Below, piece by piece: positions 12,320 to 26,062 of a stretch of DNA of 64,000 bases. How positions within the stretch are numbered: the stretch's first letter is position 1; the number at the start of each line of letters is the position of its first letter. The notes under the pieces are model-generated. The model made no database searches. It worked only from the letters and a program-made list of their open reading frames with translations, and was not told the origin of the DNA. A program made the translations under genes and the position numbers. The DNA is taken from positions 3,782,001 through 3,846,000 of the forward strand of contig CP075494.1 in NCBI GenBank assembly GCA_021613535.1, given 5' to 3'. Source of the DNA: Adineta vaga. Lineage: Eukaryota > Animalia > Rotifera.

Positions 12320-12941
12320 GGTGGATTAATTAAGCTTTTATCATTGTTCGACAAAGCCATTAATCAAAATTGTGTTACGTATCAATACCAAAATAATTTC
12401 ATAGGATAATCTAAAGATTGAGGATGATAGTGAGAGTGTACGGGTTAATAATTTATATTCCAGCTCGTATTTACTCCTTGGTTTGTCAATCATCAATTTA
12501 TAATTGTGAAATATAAAAATCACCTCAACGGGAATTCACTTTGACGCATGTCAAATTAGATTTGTTACATGATACGTGTATACCTATACCTTTTTTTTCG
12601 TTCTTTACAGTCAACATTAATATCAGTTGACTCATCGATCATTATAATACAACGGAACATAGCGTAATTTCACAACATGAATAGAAATACAAAATAAATG
12701 CAGGCAGACAAATGAAAGGAAGAGACGAGCCGCGGCTCTGAGTCGAAACACAACTCACTGCTAATGAGCCTGAAGCATAAGCATCGGTCTTTCGGGACCA
12801 AGACTCAGGACCAAATTGATACTCGTCACACAATTATTTTTTTGTTCAAATTAAATTTTTCGCACGTTTACCGAACTTGATTCACTTTATTTTTATAGAA
12901 AATTTCTTCACAACCACCACGCAATAGGATAATAATACTGG

Positions 12942-14294
12942 CTACTGTGAAAAAACATACTTATATCCCAATTATTTCAAGATTTTCTCGTGTCGTTTTC
13001 AATGCCCGTAAAGAATGTCGACCTGTCGTTCCAAATTGATTGTGACTCATGTCGAGTTTCGTGAGTGTCTATAGAAAATACAAAACTTAAGTTTGAAAGG
13101 AATGAAGATATGGATTAGATCTTACCGAATTGTTTTGTAAAGCTTCACTAAGATATCCTGCACCTTTGTCTCCAATTTTATTGACAGAGAGACAGAGTTG
13201 TTCAAGTTTCTAGAGAAAATTTAAAATGCCAATTTCAAAAATATTATATTTATTACTGTGCTGTATTGTAAAGTTTGACTTAGGTACTGTGCGCCTTCAT
13301 CTTTAATTAAGATATACGAGAGAAAAAGTACTTTGAGTGTCTAGTGAAAAATTCAAAAGTCGAGTTTAATAGAAACAAAATCGTGGACTGAACCTTACTC
13401 TGTTGTTTCATAATATTTCACTAAGATGTTTTGCACCTTTATCTTCAATTGGATTGCCTGTGAGGTAGAGATTTTGGAGTGACTAGAGAAAAATATCGAA
13501 ATTTAGTTCAAAACAAATAGATTGACTTTTTTACTGTATTGTTTTTAAGTCCTTCATTAAGATAATATGCACCTTCAGGTCCAATGTGATTACCTTTGAG
13601 ATTAAGTTCTACGAGTGTCTAGAAAAAAATACAAAAGTTTTGTTTGAAGAGAATAAAGAATGTAGATTGAATCTTTACTTTGTTGCTATGTAATGCTTCA
13701 GCAAGGAGTCGCACACCTTCACTTTTAATGTAACTACTACAACGTTGAGTTGTGTGAGTGTCTGTTTTTAGGAAATACAAAAGTTATGATAGAGCAAACT
13801 AAATTGATAGATTGAATATTACTTTGTTAGTTTTTAATACTTGACTGAGTTGATATACGTCTTGATTTCCAATTTTTTCACGATAGACAGTAGGTGTACT
13901 GAATATCTATAGAATATGAGAAATTGAGTTTGAAAAAAAAAACAAAGAAATGAATAATATTGTTACTGTATTGCTTTATAGAGCTCTAGTTCTCATTCCA
14001 TCTTGAAAATCAAGTTTTGTGATTGTCTAGAAGAAATAAAGATTTTCGTTTGGTCTTAGAATGTTTCTTCATATGCTTTCACATAATTTTCAGACATTTA
14101 AAATTCAAATATATCTTTCAGTATTGCCATATGATTAATTCAACTCTGATTACCTTATATCGGTTCCATGAACTAATAACATCGTTAAGACGTTGACATA
14201 CATCGTGCATTGACAGGAATAATGTATAGTCATCCAAATGATCCAATATACAGTAAATTATTTCTACTGGTACAGTATGAAGAGAAATAGTCAT
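12942..14294 (-). pseudogene. F-box plus RI-like LRR gene (one 28-aa LRR per ~84-nt exon), disrupted
   Basis: Exon 1 MTISLHTVPVEIIYCILDHLD (F-box); exons TLVELNLKGNHIGPEGAYYL, KLEQLCLSVNKIGDKGAGYLSEAL etc.; one exon is 83 nt (frameshift, ~13679-13761) and others carry in-frame stops. Not in the ORF track. Confidence 0.85.
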
Positions 14295-14926
14295 TTTGTT
14301 TTTATTTTCTGAAAGAAAAGTTTATACAACATTTATAACATATGGGCTCAAAGAATTAGATTTTGTAATAAAATAATTTTCTTATTCTAAAGCAAATGAT
14401 ATATAGAAACAATAAAACACATTGAATATGCGCCTTTGATTTTTCTTATATCGGAGAAAGTATACAAAGTAAAGATAAAACTGTGTAGTGCAGCGCGATG
14501 AAAAAAAACGTGTATAAAAGGTATTCCTTTATACTCAATCTATTGCACAATACGAATGCAATATCATGATTCGTTGATTCACCTAAATAAGCAGTATTGG
14601 GAAAAAACCCAAGTAACTTAATTGGATGACACAGAGCTACTTCCTATACACACAATAACAACTGCAAAACATATCAGTATTATAATTCACATATATATTT
14701 ATGGCACGTTGAAAAGCGAACTTGAAAATCTATTTTAATTCAGTCTCATCTATCAGAAATTGATTTTTCTTTCGGGTTTTTCTTCTACAAATATATCATT
14801 TGAGGATTCTACATTATAATAAAAACAATAAAATAGATAATAATATGATGTCGAAAATTGTTTATATTCATTTACATTGAATGAGAAAACTAATGAATGG
14901 CAATTATTACCATATTGTATTCGCAC

Positions 14927-14993
14927 TGATAGGGTGGGTGTGGGTGTGGATAGCGGTAAGAAGACAAGCCACTCACACACCCACACCCTCGAT
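14927..14993. repeat. Telomere-like hairpin element
   Basis: AGGGTGGGTGTGGGTGTGG-loop-CCACTCACACACCCACACCCTC. Confidence 0.8.
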
Positions 14994-15969
14994 ATCAGAA
15001 GAACAAAGAATTAGTGATTAAAGAAATCTGGAGACGGGAGTACAGATATAGAGATCTAGGATTGTGCAAAGAGAACATAGACAACAAACAGAAGCAAATG
15101 TATAAGACCTAGACAAAATGCGCTAACGTATTTGAAAAATCTGGAAATACACATAGTATAGTCAAGTACATGTGCCAATATTATGAAAACTGTTTTATCT
15201 ATAATTTTTTACCATGGGAAATTCCCGGGACACATCCAGGTATGTTCCCTTGTAAGAAGTAATAGACGTATTTTTTGAAAACTGTTTCTAATTAACATTC
15301 TTTTATTCATCATTTCAATAATACGTAAACAAAACAAACGAAAAGATACCTGATTTCGCAAATTTTCATTTTAAAAGAGAAAGATATGCTTATTTAATAA
15401 TCAATACAGGGAACACAAATATATTCTTTATTTCGATTTGATTTGTTTGCATTTTTTCCTCTTCTATGAAAGAAATGATTCTAGGATCGATACATATTCT
15501 AAACGAAAAAGAGTGACCAGAGAGTTTTAAGTTAGTTTTTCAAAAGGGTTGAACAAAAAGTAATCAAGGCTAATCATAATGTGATACTCTTGTGTTTTAA
15601 ATCAGATTGTCTTAGATTCATAGTGAATTCATGTTTTCTATTGCGTTGAAAATGAGTTACAGTTGCAGGACAGCCATTAGAACATAGACAAACACATCAA
15701 TATCGATCTAGTCTAAAAAGTAATTTGGTGATGCATAACAAATTTCTTTCATGCTGACACTGTCAATTTAACAGAAAAACACGCAATCACAGGTGAAAAA
15801 CGTATTGGAATTGAAAAGTATCTGTGCACATAAGTAAAATGAAGTTGTTTTTTTCTTTTTTATTACAGTATACATAGCTGAGGAGATCGTCCATATTGTC
15901 GAAGATTTACTGATTCTCTTATTTTATATTTTCAATAAAAGTTGACCCACAGATTTCATCAAGACATTC

Positions 15970-18900
15970 ATGAATTTTCAACTTCAAACAATCGAACAGT
16001 CTTCAACTGCTGAAAGGAATATCATTTCAAATGCAAAAGACAAACTAATAAAAGCACAGTTTGTATTTTGATTAGTATTTCTTCAATTTCATTTACTATA
16101 CTAGTATTCACCGGAAGAAAATTGGCTCCAAGACGCTTCTTGTATTATTTACCATATTCACATGCATTGCAATGATTATTGGAATCGTAGTTGTTTATTA
16201 TACTGTACCAATACAAAGTGAGTTATTGACAAATTCATAAACAAACTTTTGTTTATTTATTCAAGATCACATTTGTCAAATGACATATCGACAAACAATT
16301 AAAAGTTTAATTGTTTATAGTTCACATCCAAGATCTATTGATATTGGTGATCTTAATTATGATAATCAAATGGATATTGTTGTTGCTAATACTGGTACAA
16401 ATACTATTGGAATTTTTCTTTCGATCCACGATGAAATTTTTCAAAATCAGGAAATATATTCAACTGGATCAACATCTCAACCATATTCACTTGTTCTCAA
16501 TCATTTTAATAACGATCATTATTTAGATATTGCTGTAGCAAATTATGGAACGAATAACATTGGTCTTTTCTTTGGTCAAGGTAATGGAACATTTCAAGAT
16601 CAAATAATAATCTCAACAAATTCTTTTCGTCCTTGGTTTATTGATTCTGAGGATTTTAATCATGATAATCATTCTGATTTAGCTCTTGTATTCTATGGAA
16701 CGGATAATATAGGTATTTTGTTTGGTAGAAATGATGGATCATTCGATAAATTAGTTATCTATTCAACTGGTTATGATTCTCTTCCATATTCATTAGCAAT
16801 TCAAGATCTAAATAATGATCAATACATTGATATTGTCGTTACTAATTATGGCACCAATAATATTGTAATCTTTTTTAATAATGGATATGGAACATTTCAA
16901 AATCCAATTGTTTATTCAACGAATCATAATTCTTATCCATCATCTGTTGTTATTGGAGATTTAAATAATGATCAATATTTTGATATTATTGTAACAAATT
17001 CTAATCATGGAAATATTGGAATATTTATTAATTATAGAAATGGAACATTTACAAAACAAATAACATATGAAATATCAATCAAATCTTCTCCACAGTATGT
17101 TAATGTTGGTTATTTTGATAAAGATAATTATTTAGATGTTGTTATTGTTGACTCCATCAATAGTCAAATTCATATTTTACCTGGAAATGGAGATGGAAAT
17201 TTCTCCGCATTAACAACTTATGATTCAATTAGTGGATCAAATCCATTATTTGTTGGTGTTCATGATTTTAATCATGATAATCAATCTGATCTTGTTGTTG
17301 TTAATTCTGGTACAAATAATATCATGATATTAAAGGAATATTACAGTCAACCATCATCTAGACAAAGGACGTATTTAGTTGGACCTAATTCATATCCAAC
17401 TGCTGTTGTTGTTTATGATTTTAATGGTGATGGTGAGTTAGATATCGTTGTGAATGGTTTTCGTCAATATATTATTATTTATAATGGTATTGGTAATGGA
17501 GAATTCGTTCGAGGAAATTCATATTCAACTGGAGAAAATTCTGCCCCACAGTATATTTGTATTGGTGATTTGAATAATGATCATCGAATGGATATTATTG
17601 TAACAAATATAGGCACTGATAACATCGGTGTTTTTCTTGGAAAAGATAATGGAACTTTTGAATCGATGATTGGTTATTCAACTGGTATTGGATCACAGCC
17701 ATTGTTTGCAGCTGTTGGTCATTTCAATAATGATACTTATTTAGATATAGTTTGTTCAAATTATGGTCTCAAAACAATAACTATTTGGTTTGGATTGGGT
17801 GATGGATCTTTCACTAATATAACAACATATTCTACTGGCAATATTACTATTCCATCAGGGATTACCATTGGGGATATAAATAATGACAATCATTCCGATC
17901 TTATCTTTGCGAATGAAATATCTGATATGCCAGGTGTTTTCTTGGGTCATGGTAATGGAAGTTTCACATTAGTAACAACATTTTCGATTAAGACTTCTGA
18001 CACTAGTTTTATGATTGTTCTTGCTGATTTTAATGGAGATAAGTATTTAGATTGTGCCATTTCATACATCAGTTCAGCAATTATCGGCGTTTCTTTCGGT
18101 AACGGAGATGGTACATTCAAGAGTAGAGTCGTTTATTCAACTGCAGATATTGGTCAACCATATCGTTTAACTGTAATCGATTTTAATAATGATAATTACA
18201 TTGATATTGCTGCGACAATTTTGAGTTCTAGTGAAGTGGCGATTTATTTCAATGATGGTCGTGGTAATTTTGAACTTGCAAGATTATATTCAACGAAATA
18301 TGGTTCAAGTCTATATGGTCTTGCCATTGTTGATCTTGATCATGATAATCAATTGGAAATTATTGCAACTTATCTGAGTACTGGTTACATTGGAATATTA
18401 ACTCAATATAATGCTGCAAAATTCTCTAATCAATCAACATATTCAACAGGATCTGCTCCACATCCATATTCATTAGCGACAGGTGATTTTAATCTTGATA
18501 ATCAAACAGATGTTGTTCTTGCCAATTCTGCAACTGATAATTTAAGTCTTCGTTTTGGTTCGAATAATGGTACATTTACAAATGAAATCATCTATGAAAT
18601 CGGAAGTGATTCTTATCCACAATATGTGATTACAAATGATGTTAATAAAGATAATTATTTAGATCTTATTGTTGTTAATTCAAAAAGTAATACAATGAGT
18701 TTAATTTATGGTTATGGAAATGGTTCATTTGCTAATCAACTAATTTATTCAACTGGAGATGATTCACATCCTTATTCAATTGTTATGAATGATGTAAATA
18801 ATGATCAAAGAAATGATTTAATTATTGCTAATGAAGGAAAAGATAATATTGGAATATTTCTTGGATTTGACTATACAACTTTTATGAATGTAAATACTTA

Positions 18901-20557
18901 TTTGATTGAAAATCATACAACACCATATAGTGTTGTTGTTAATAATTTTAATAATGATAATGAACTTGATATTGCTGTTGTTTTTTATGAAACTTCTAAT
19001 TTAATCATTCTTCTTGGACAAGGTAATGGAAGTTTTGTTATTTCAATGTCCTATTCTATAGGAGATGACTCATATCCATATATAATAATTGCAAATGATG
19101 TGAACAACGATAAACAATTAGATCTTATTGTTGTTAATGAAGGTCTAAGTAGTGTTGGCATTTTTCTTGGATTTGGGAACGGAACATTTGCTCCTATGAT
19201 AACATCTTCAACTGGAGAACATTCCGGTCCTGTCTGTGCTGCTGTTGATGATGTTAACAATGACAATGTATCAGATATTGTCTCAGCAAATTATGGTACT
19301 AACACCATAAGTATTCTGATAGGATTAGGTAATGGAAGTTTTATTCTTATGAATACATATTCAACTGGAGATTCTACGGGTCCACGAGCAATTGCTATCA
19401 ATGATTTAAATAATGATGGCTATGTCGACATCGTCGTAGTTAATTATATTATTAGTAATATCATCATTTTTCTTGGTTATGGAAATGGAAATTTTGTAAA
19501 TCAAGTGACTTATGATGTTTGTTACCAATGTGTGCCAATGTGGGTAACAATAAATGATTTTAACAAAGATAATCACTTTGATATTGCTGTAGCTACATAT
19601 AATAACGAATATATAAGTATTTTTCTTGGTTATGGGAATAGTAGTTTTGCTAACGTTGTTCATTATTCGACGGGTGATGGTTCTGGTCCAATATGTCATA
19701 GTGTTGGTGATTTTAATAATGATAATATCTTAGATATTGCTGTCGCAAATACTGGCCTTGATAATATAGTTGTTTTATTTGGATTTGGAGATGGAACATT
19801 TCTATTAGGACGTGCTTATTCAACTGGAAAAGGATCAATTCCACAAGCAGTTAGTCTTGGTGATTTTAATCATGACAAACAATTCGATATTGTTGTTGTT
19901 AATTCACAATCAAATGATATTCAAATCTTTCTTGCTAATGGTCGTGAACCTTTTGCAGGCATAAAGAAATTCGATACTGGTGATGGATCAAAACCTTATT
20001 CAATTGCTGTGAATGACTTGAATCATGATGAATGGATGGATATTGTTGTAGCTAATTATGGAACAGATAATATTGGTATTTTACTTGGATCTGGTAATGG
20101 AAATTTCCATAATATAATAACATATTCAACGGGTATCAATTCTGGAACATATTGTGTGGCCATAGCTGACTTTAATAAAGATAATCAATCTGATATTGTT
20201 GTTACAAATTCAGAAAGTAATACAATTAGTATTTTTCTTGGTTTTGGAAATGGAACATTTGTTCTCACATCAATTTATTCAACTGGAGATCGTTCAAATC
20301 CATATACAATTGTTATCAATGATATGAATAACGATGAACAATTTGATCTTATTATTACAAATTCTGGTACAAGTAATATTTTGATTTTACATGGATATGG
20401 AAATGGAACATTTGGAAATGAAATATCCTATCCATTGGGATATGAATATCTTCCTTATTCAGTTGCTGTTAATGATTTAAATAAAGATGGATGGATGGAT
20501 ATCGTTATTGCATGTTATCAAACAAATCATTTTGAAACATTGGTTAAAATGTGTTAA
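15970..20557 (+). CDS. Type II membrane-anchored FG-GAP/VCBS-repeat protein (~1500 aa)
   Basis: About 25 repeats of GDFNxDxxLDIxVxNxGxxxIxIxLGxGxGTF; short 5' exons encode KTLLVLFTIFTCIAMIIGIVVVYY (TM) spliced in frame to the 16280 ORF. Confidence 0.9.
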
Positions 20558-20738
20558 TTTTATTGTATAGTTTTCTTTCTTGCTTTTACATATATATTTT
20601 ACAGAGAGCAAAAACATAACATAGTAGATTTTCCTTTTCTTTATTCCCATCGTTCTGATGAGATGCGCCATCTCACCGAAACATTTATTTCTACTGTTCT
20701 GATAACATTATTAACTGAGCAAATATATATAAAGATAA

Positions 20739-20788
20739 GGGGTGGGTGTGAGTATATCTTCTTCACACCCATACCCACACCCTCAAGA
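20739..20788. repeat. Telomere-like hairpin element between convergent genes
   Basis: GGGTGGGTGTGAGTATATCTTCTTCACACCCATACCCACACCCTCAAGA. Confidence 0.85.
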
Positions 20789-20909
20789 TGTGAACATTCT
20801 GTCTTAATGAAAAAGTAAAAAAGAAAAATAATAAACACTTTCTAATATTCATTAGTTTATTACGAAAATGAATCAGAGAGAAAGTTTTGGTTAAAATAAA
20901 GCAAGAGAA

Positions 20910-21890
20910 TTAGTTTCGATAGTTTGGATAATTCGAATGATCTTGATCATAATCAAGTTCACGCATTGCTGCAGCAAATTCCAAAGTTCCCATTGATGTT
21001 TCATTAAAATTCTTTGCAATGTTCATACTTAGTTGAATTAATCTATCGTCAGGTATGATTAAATCAGATTTATTAAAAGCCATTGAACAAGCATGTGATT
21101 GCATTTCTGCTGCTGCACATAATGTATATGCATGATAATATGCAGCACCCACCGATGGTCCACATGTAATTAAACCATGATTACGTAAAATCATTACATC
21201 TTTATTTCCTAAATCACGTACAACACGTTCTTGTTCATCATTTGAAATGACAATTCCTTCATAATCATGATAAGCAACTTCTCCAGTAATATGTGTTGTT
21301 TGTGCCAGTTCAATAAGTCCATTCTTTGTTGCTGAAAGACCTGCGACAGCCCAATTATGATTATGATTAACACAACGAACATCGGGTCTTGCACGATGAA
21401 TACATGAATGAATAATAAGACCAGCTTTATTGATTCCAAATATATCACCAACAACACCTGGATGAATTGTATTTCCATCAAAATCAATTTTAACCAATGA
21501 TGATGCAGTAATTTCACGGTAATTTAAACCAAATGGATTAATTAATAAATAGCATTCACCATTGGGTCCTTCAACATTACATGTTATATGATTATAAATT
21601 GATTCTAACCAACCATTTTTTGCTGCCATACGATAAGCAGCAGCTAATTCAATTCGTGCTTTTTGTTCATCAATACTAAATTCATGAAGAATTGAACGAT
21701 TTAAACGTTCACGTAAATATTCTCGTGAGAATTTAGATGAACCAACAACATATGTTCGAGGATTGAAGGCATTTTCGAGATTTTCATTTGTCGCACGTGC
21801 TTGTGATATAGCTGTTTTCTTCTTTCCAGAATCATGTTCACCATTTGTGACTGACGTACCATTTAAAACGGCAGTTGGTTGTGAAGACAT
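20910..21890 (-). CDS. Class II aldolase/adducin-head family protein, intronless
   Basis: IYNHIT, LINPFGLNYREITASSLVKID, IHSCIHRARPD..CVNHNH, ILRNHGL. Confidence 0.9.
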   Translation of the reverse strand: MSSQPTAVLNGTSVTNGEHDSGKKKTAISQARATNENLENAFNPRTYVVGSSKFSREYLRERLNRSILHEFSIDEQKARIELAAAYRMAAKNGWLESIYNHITCNVEGPNGECYLLINPFGLNYREITASSLVKIDFDGNTIHPGVVGDIFGINKAGLIIHSCIHRARPDVRCVNHNHNWAVAGLSATKNGLIELAQTTHITGEVAYHDYEGIVISNDEQERVVRDLGNKDVMILRNHGLITCGPSVGAAYYHAYTLCAAAEMQSHACSMAFNKSDLIIPDDRLIQLSMNIAKNFNETSMGTLEFAAAMRELDYDQDHSNYPNYRN

Positions 21891-22599
21891 AACGAAAACT
21901 ATGTTAGCGTTTGTTTATACGTGACCTACAACACATACGAAAAAGAAACAACTGATTATTATTTGACCGAGTGCGCATGTAGAGAAAAAGAAACGAACGA
22001 ACGAACGAACAAGTATATCTTATCACTGACAATAACAAAAACAAATGATTCATATAGCTTTCCTTTCCTTTTCTTTTCTTTCTAATAAGAGAAATACTTT
22101 TTAGATTGTATAGATCATCACCAATCGAGAAATATGTTCGAAACTTCTCGATTTAGAACTTATATTTACCTGTTAATGTTAATTTTTTTTCTGTTATTTT
22201 CTTTCCCTGTAAAAATCATCAGTAAAAAAATGATTGTTTTATCTCATGTTAATGTAAATTGAATGTGAAACTTAACTTCCTCTTTTTAACGGAAAAGATT
22301 CATTTTTTATGAATCAGTTGAGAAATTAATGTTTCATGATTAAAGAATAGATAAAACAGAAAAAAAACATAGACACGTATTCATGTGGCAGTAATATGAC
22401 GTTTTAATCATCATAAAAATAATTCTCATAATAGGATTGTTAATTTTTCAAAACTACTGTTCTGCAATATATTAAAAACGAGTTTTTTTTCTAACTGTTA
22501 AAGAGACAGATTAAACTTGTCACTACGTATAAAAGATTGCTGTTTATAATATTTAATTTATTATAAAGACACAGTAGAAACTTCTGATTCATTCGAAAA

Positions 22600-23640
22600 A
22601 TGTCGACAAGTCTGAACTTGATCTCTCTTTCACAAGATATAACTAAATATTTATTTACTCCTATTCTTATATTTGGTGTCGTTGGAGGATGTTTCAATCT
22701 TTTAATTTTTCTTAGTTTACGAATTTTTCGAGAAAATTCTTGTGCATTCTATCTAACTATTGCATCATTAGCTAATATTGGTAGTTTATTGAGTGGTTTG
22801 CTGTGGCGACTTATGAATTTTGGCTACAATATTGATTGGACATCAACTTCGATATTTTATTGCAAATTTAGAGTATTCTGTGTTCAAGAATGCACACTTT
22901 TATCTTTCACATGTATCTGTCTAGCATCCATCGATCAATTTCTAGCAACAAGTACTCGTTTACGTTGGCAACAATGGTGTAATGCTAAATTAGCACATCG
23001 TCTTGTTTTATTTTTTACTTGTCTTTGGATTTTACATGGAATAATAGTCTTCCCATTCTATAATCATGTATTTTCTTCTGTTACAAATCAAATGGTTTGC
23101 GTAGTTACAAATGATATTCTAACAGAATACATTAACTTCGGTTATATAATCACTCTTCAAGGTATTTTACCTATATTCATAACGATCTTATTCGGATATT
23201 TAGCGTACCGTAATGTACAACAAATATCATATCGAACGATACCATTGGTTCGACGTGAATTAGACAAACAATTAACTAAAATTGTACTTGTACAAATTAT
23301 TTATAATTTATTTTCTGCAACACCATATATTATTATAGTACTACTACAACATAATAGTTCAATCACCATGGATCCAGTGAATGCTGCTAGATTACAATTC
23401 GCCAATACATTGTCTCTTAGTTTGTATTTCTTAACATTTGCTGTATGTATAAAAATGGAAATAAATAATAAGAAAATATTTAATTTTGTATTTTAGTGTC
23501 CTTTCTACATTCATGTTTGCATGTCCGAACGATTTCGTCGTCAGTTCATTTACGTCGTGTCAAAACTATTTTATTTCAAAAATCGACAACGGAAGATAGC
23601 TATTCAACCAATAGGTCTAGAAAAAGAAGATGTCTATTAG
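22600..23640 (+). CDS. Rhodopsin-like 7TM receptor, 2 exons
   Basis: Multiple hydrophobic helices, CLASIDQF (DRY-equivalent); intron 23443-23496; last exon CPFYIHVCMSERFRRQ ending TAG at 23640. Confidence 0.85.
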
Positions 23641-23785
23641 TATTTTAATCTTTCATGCATGTCATAATATTTCTTTTATCTAAATTGAAGACAAGAGATG
23701 TCATTTTAGTTTAACATTATTAGTATCGTTGCATTTTTACTGCTTTTTGTATTGTCTCTAAACTAAATTTAAGTTAAATAAAAAC

Positions 23786-23851
23786 CTTGAGGGTGTGTGC
23801 GTCTGGGTGTGAGAATTTTATCGCTTATTATTTCACACCCTCACCCACACC
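23786..23851. repeat. Telomere-like hairpin element
   Basis: CTTGAGGGTGTGTGCGTCTGGGTGTGA-loop-TCACACCCTCACCCACAC. Confidence 0.8.
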
Positions 23852-24142
23852 GTAACACTTTTACAAGACTCTTGATTATTTTGTTTGCATTTCGAAAAAT
23901 CATAAACAATTAAAAACTAGCAAATAAATCAAAATCATTTCGAATTGTTTTCTGTAGTTTCTATCAAATCTTGCGAACACACTAGAAAGATTCAAATGTG
24001 ACATTTATATTAGTGTACTCCATAAAATAATAATATTTGTAAAATAATTCATATATGATATGATATGGAAAAAAAGAGTATCTTTATACAGTAGAATATA
24101 TAAAATGAGAGTCAAATTATTTGTTTTTGTGTAAATAAATAT

Positions 24143-24661
24143 TTAATAATCAAAGAATTGAACTTCAGAATATTGAACAGAATTCTCCATTCGACGTTTC
24201 TTAGTAACAAGAAATCGATAACTTGTATAACGAATTGAATTATCAATACACCGAATCAATGAACATGAAAATCTCGGTGGACCATACTCAAAACCAATAC
24301 TTCCATTATAAATAGGAGTCCAACTATGTCCAAAAGTAAGATTTACTCCGACTTCATTACTTGCTTCTAATGCAACTAGAATTGGATCTTGTGCAACATT
24401 ATCATTATTTACACAAACTTGTAATCCTTTAACAATTGATGAACCTCTTCTTAATGTCACATAAACCCTTAAGTGTTCCACATCTATCACTAACACTAGT
24501 AATATTACATGAACCGTAATTTGTATATTTTGTTAAAGTATTGTTATCACATGTATTATTTGGTCCGTAGCTCGGATGATAATTTCCAACACTTCTGCCT
24601 GATGTCGAAGATGTACTATTACCTCCCATAGTAGTATTATGTATTGCATTAATTATATCAT
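24143..24661 (-). pseudogene. Fragment of a secreted beta-sandwich (discoidin/F5-8C-like) protein with a frameshift
   Basis: Two overlapping ORFs join into ..NTCDNNTLTKYTNYG..GLYVT..DPILVALEASN..SW..IYNG..YTSYRFLVT..VQYSEVQ; frameshift ~24465; 5' part abuts the hairpin element. Confidence 0.55.
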
Positions 24662-24724
24662 TTGGGTATGGGTGTGAGGTAGGTGAGGGTCTGAATATCT
24701 TTTCGCCAACCACACCCACCCTCA
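24662..24724. repeat. Telomere-like hairpin element
   Basis: GGGTATGGGTGTGAGGTAGGTGAGGG-TCTGAATATCTTTTC-GCCAACCACACCCACCCTCA. Confidence 0.8.
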
Positions 24725-25130
24725 GTTGCTTAGATGCCCGCACTTTCGCCTTGTTAAAAGTTATCTTTATCGTATTGTGATCGATATATTGTATAGCAAA
24801 ACCTTTATTCTACATTCAGTTTTTAGATCAAATCTTATTGATACAGACGTGTATTAAATAAATCAAGCAAAAGTAGTGATTTCGTGTCACAAATCGTTAA
24901 ACGTTTACACAATATTCTATTAAAAAAGTACGTATTATTTTGCAACTGTATCATTCTTATACATAAATAAAAGATCTTTCTCGTCGCTATGTTTTGGTCG
25001 GTACAAAAGCGACGGCTACTAAACTTTATGTAGCACTTTCCTATATCTAGAGCAGTACTGTTAAACGTGAAATCAACTTTCAAGTTTCAAATGAAATATC
25101 TCTATTGGAAACTCTCCCTTCATTATTGCC

Positions 25131-25160
25131 TTCACCCACACCCACACCCACCCCTCAAGA
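25131..25160. repeat. Half element (C-rich arm)
   Basis: TTCACCCACACCCACACCCACCCCTCAAGA. Confidence 0.8.
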
Positions 25161-25505
25161 TAACAATTAATCTTGAAAATAATAGAATTGGTAATACTGC
25201 AGCAAAACGTTTTGCAATAGCTTTGCAACGAAATTCAATGAGATGAATATTCATCTTTTTTAATATAAGGATCTGATTTGTATCTAGACATTGAGGAATC
25301 TAAATATCGCTTCGAATATTATTAGTGATGAAGGTTTTCGAAGTTTAACGAACACGTTACGAAATAATCGACTAAAGAATAATTTGATTTCTTTCTCCTT
25401 TTGAATATATTTCTTCTACAGACTGTATTAACATTAAATTTGGAAAACAATCAAATAACTGATGAAAAGTTAATTGAAATGAATATTTCAAGAATTAAAC
25501 TTTAA
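25161..25505 (+). pseudogene. Remnant of an RI-like LRR gene (3 exons)
   Basis: TINLENNRIGNTAAKRFAIAL, TLRNLNIASNIISDEGFRSL, TVLTLNLENNQITDE; starts abruptly at the element ending at 25160; degraded splice donors. Confidence 0.7.
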
Positions 25506-25819
25506 TAAAACACAAGAAATAAAGATTTTTATTCGAGAGTAAACCCAATGATAAAACATAAAATGAAGATCAATTATCGCTTATCATTTTGAGAGAGAGG
25601 TTGAGGCTAACAGGATCCTCTAAGGCCTATATTCTCTTACGCACATCTCCACCTAGCTCACACCCACCCTCAGGATGTCATAAATTGCCTTATTCCATTG
25701 AATATTAGTTTAGAGGAAATTAAATGGAAATGTTCAAGCAATATTTATTCAGAATCTAACAGAAAAACACAAAAAATGATAAATACTGAATCTTTCGACA
25801 TTTTACAAATAAAGGTGAA

Positions 25820-26062
25820 TTCTCACCTACAAATTTAGTATTTGTGGAGAATGAATTAGTCAAGAATGGTGTATGGTGCAGTTTGATTTTATAGAATATT
25901 TACGAATCGATTTCGCGAATGCTGTTTTTCCTGTTGGAGCTTATGGTCGACAGCTTGATATTCTAGCTTGACAATCTCTTTATAAGAACTTTATGGATTA
26001 TGCCCATAGTACTGGATATGGTATTGGTTATTTTCTTTCCATTCATGAAGGTCCCTCAATTA
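25820..26062 (+). pseudogene. Xaa-Pro aminopeptidase (aminopeptidase P) remnant
   Basis: FPVGAYGRQLDILA*QSLYKNFMDYAHSTGYGIGYFLSIHEGP matches the M24 motif FPxGxxGxxLDxLAR...DYxHGTGHGxGxFLxVHEGP, with an in-frame TGA. Confidence 0.75.

Noticed and set aside
13000-14050. Apparent ~137-bp satellite
   Set aside because: Explained by LRR exon-intron periodicity on the minus strand
21990-22011. (AACG)n run; also (CA)n at ~31837 and (TA)n at ~40900
   Set aside because: Ordinary short microsatellites
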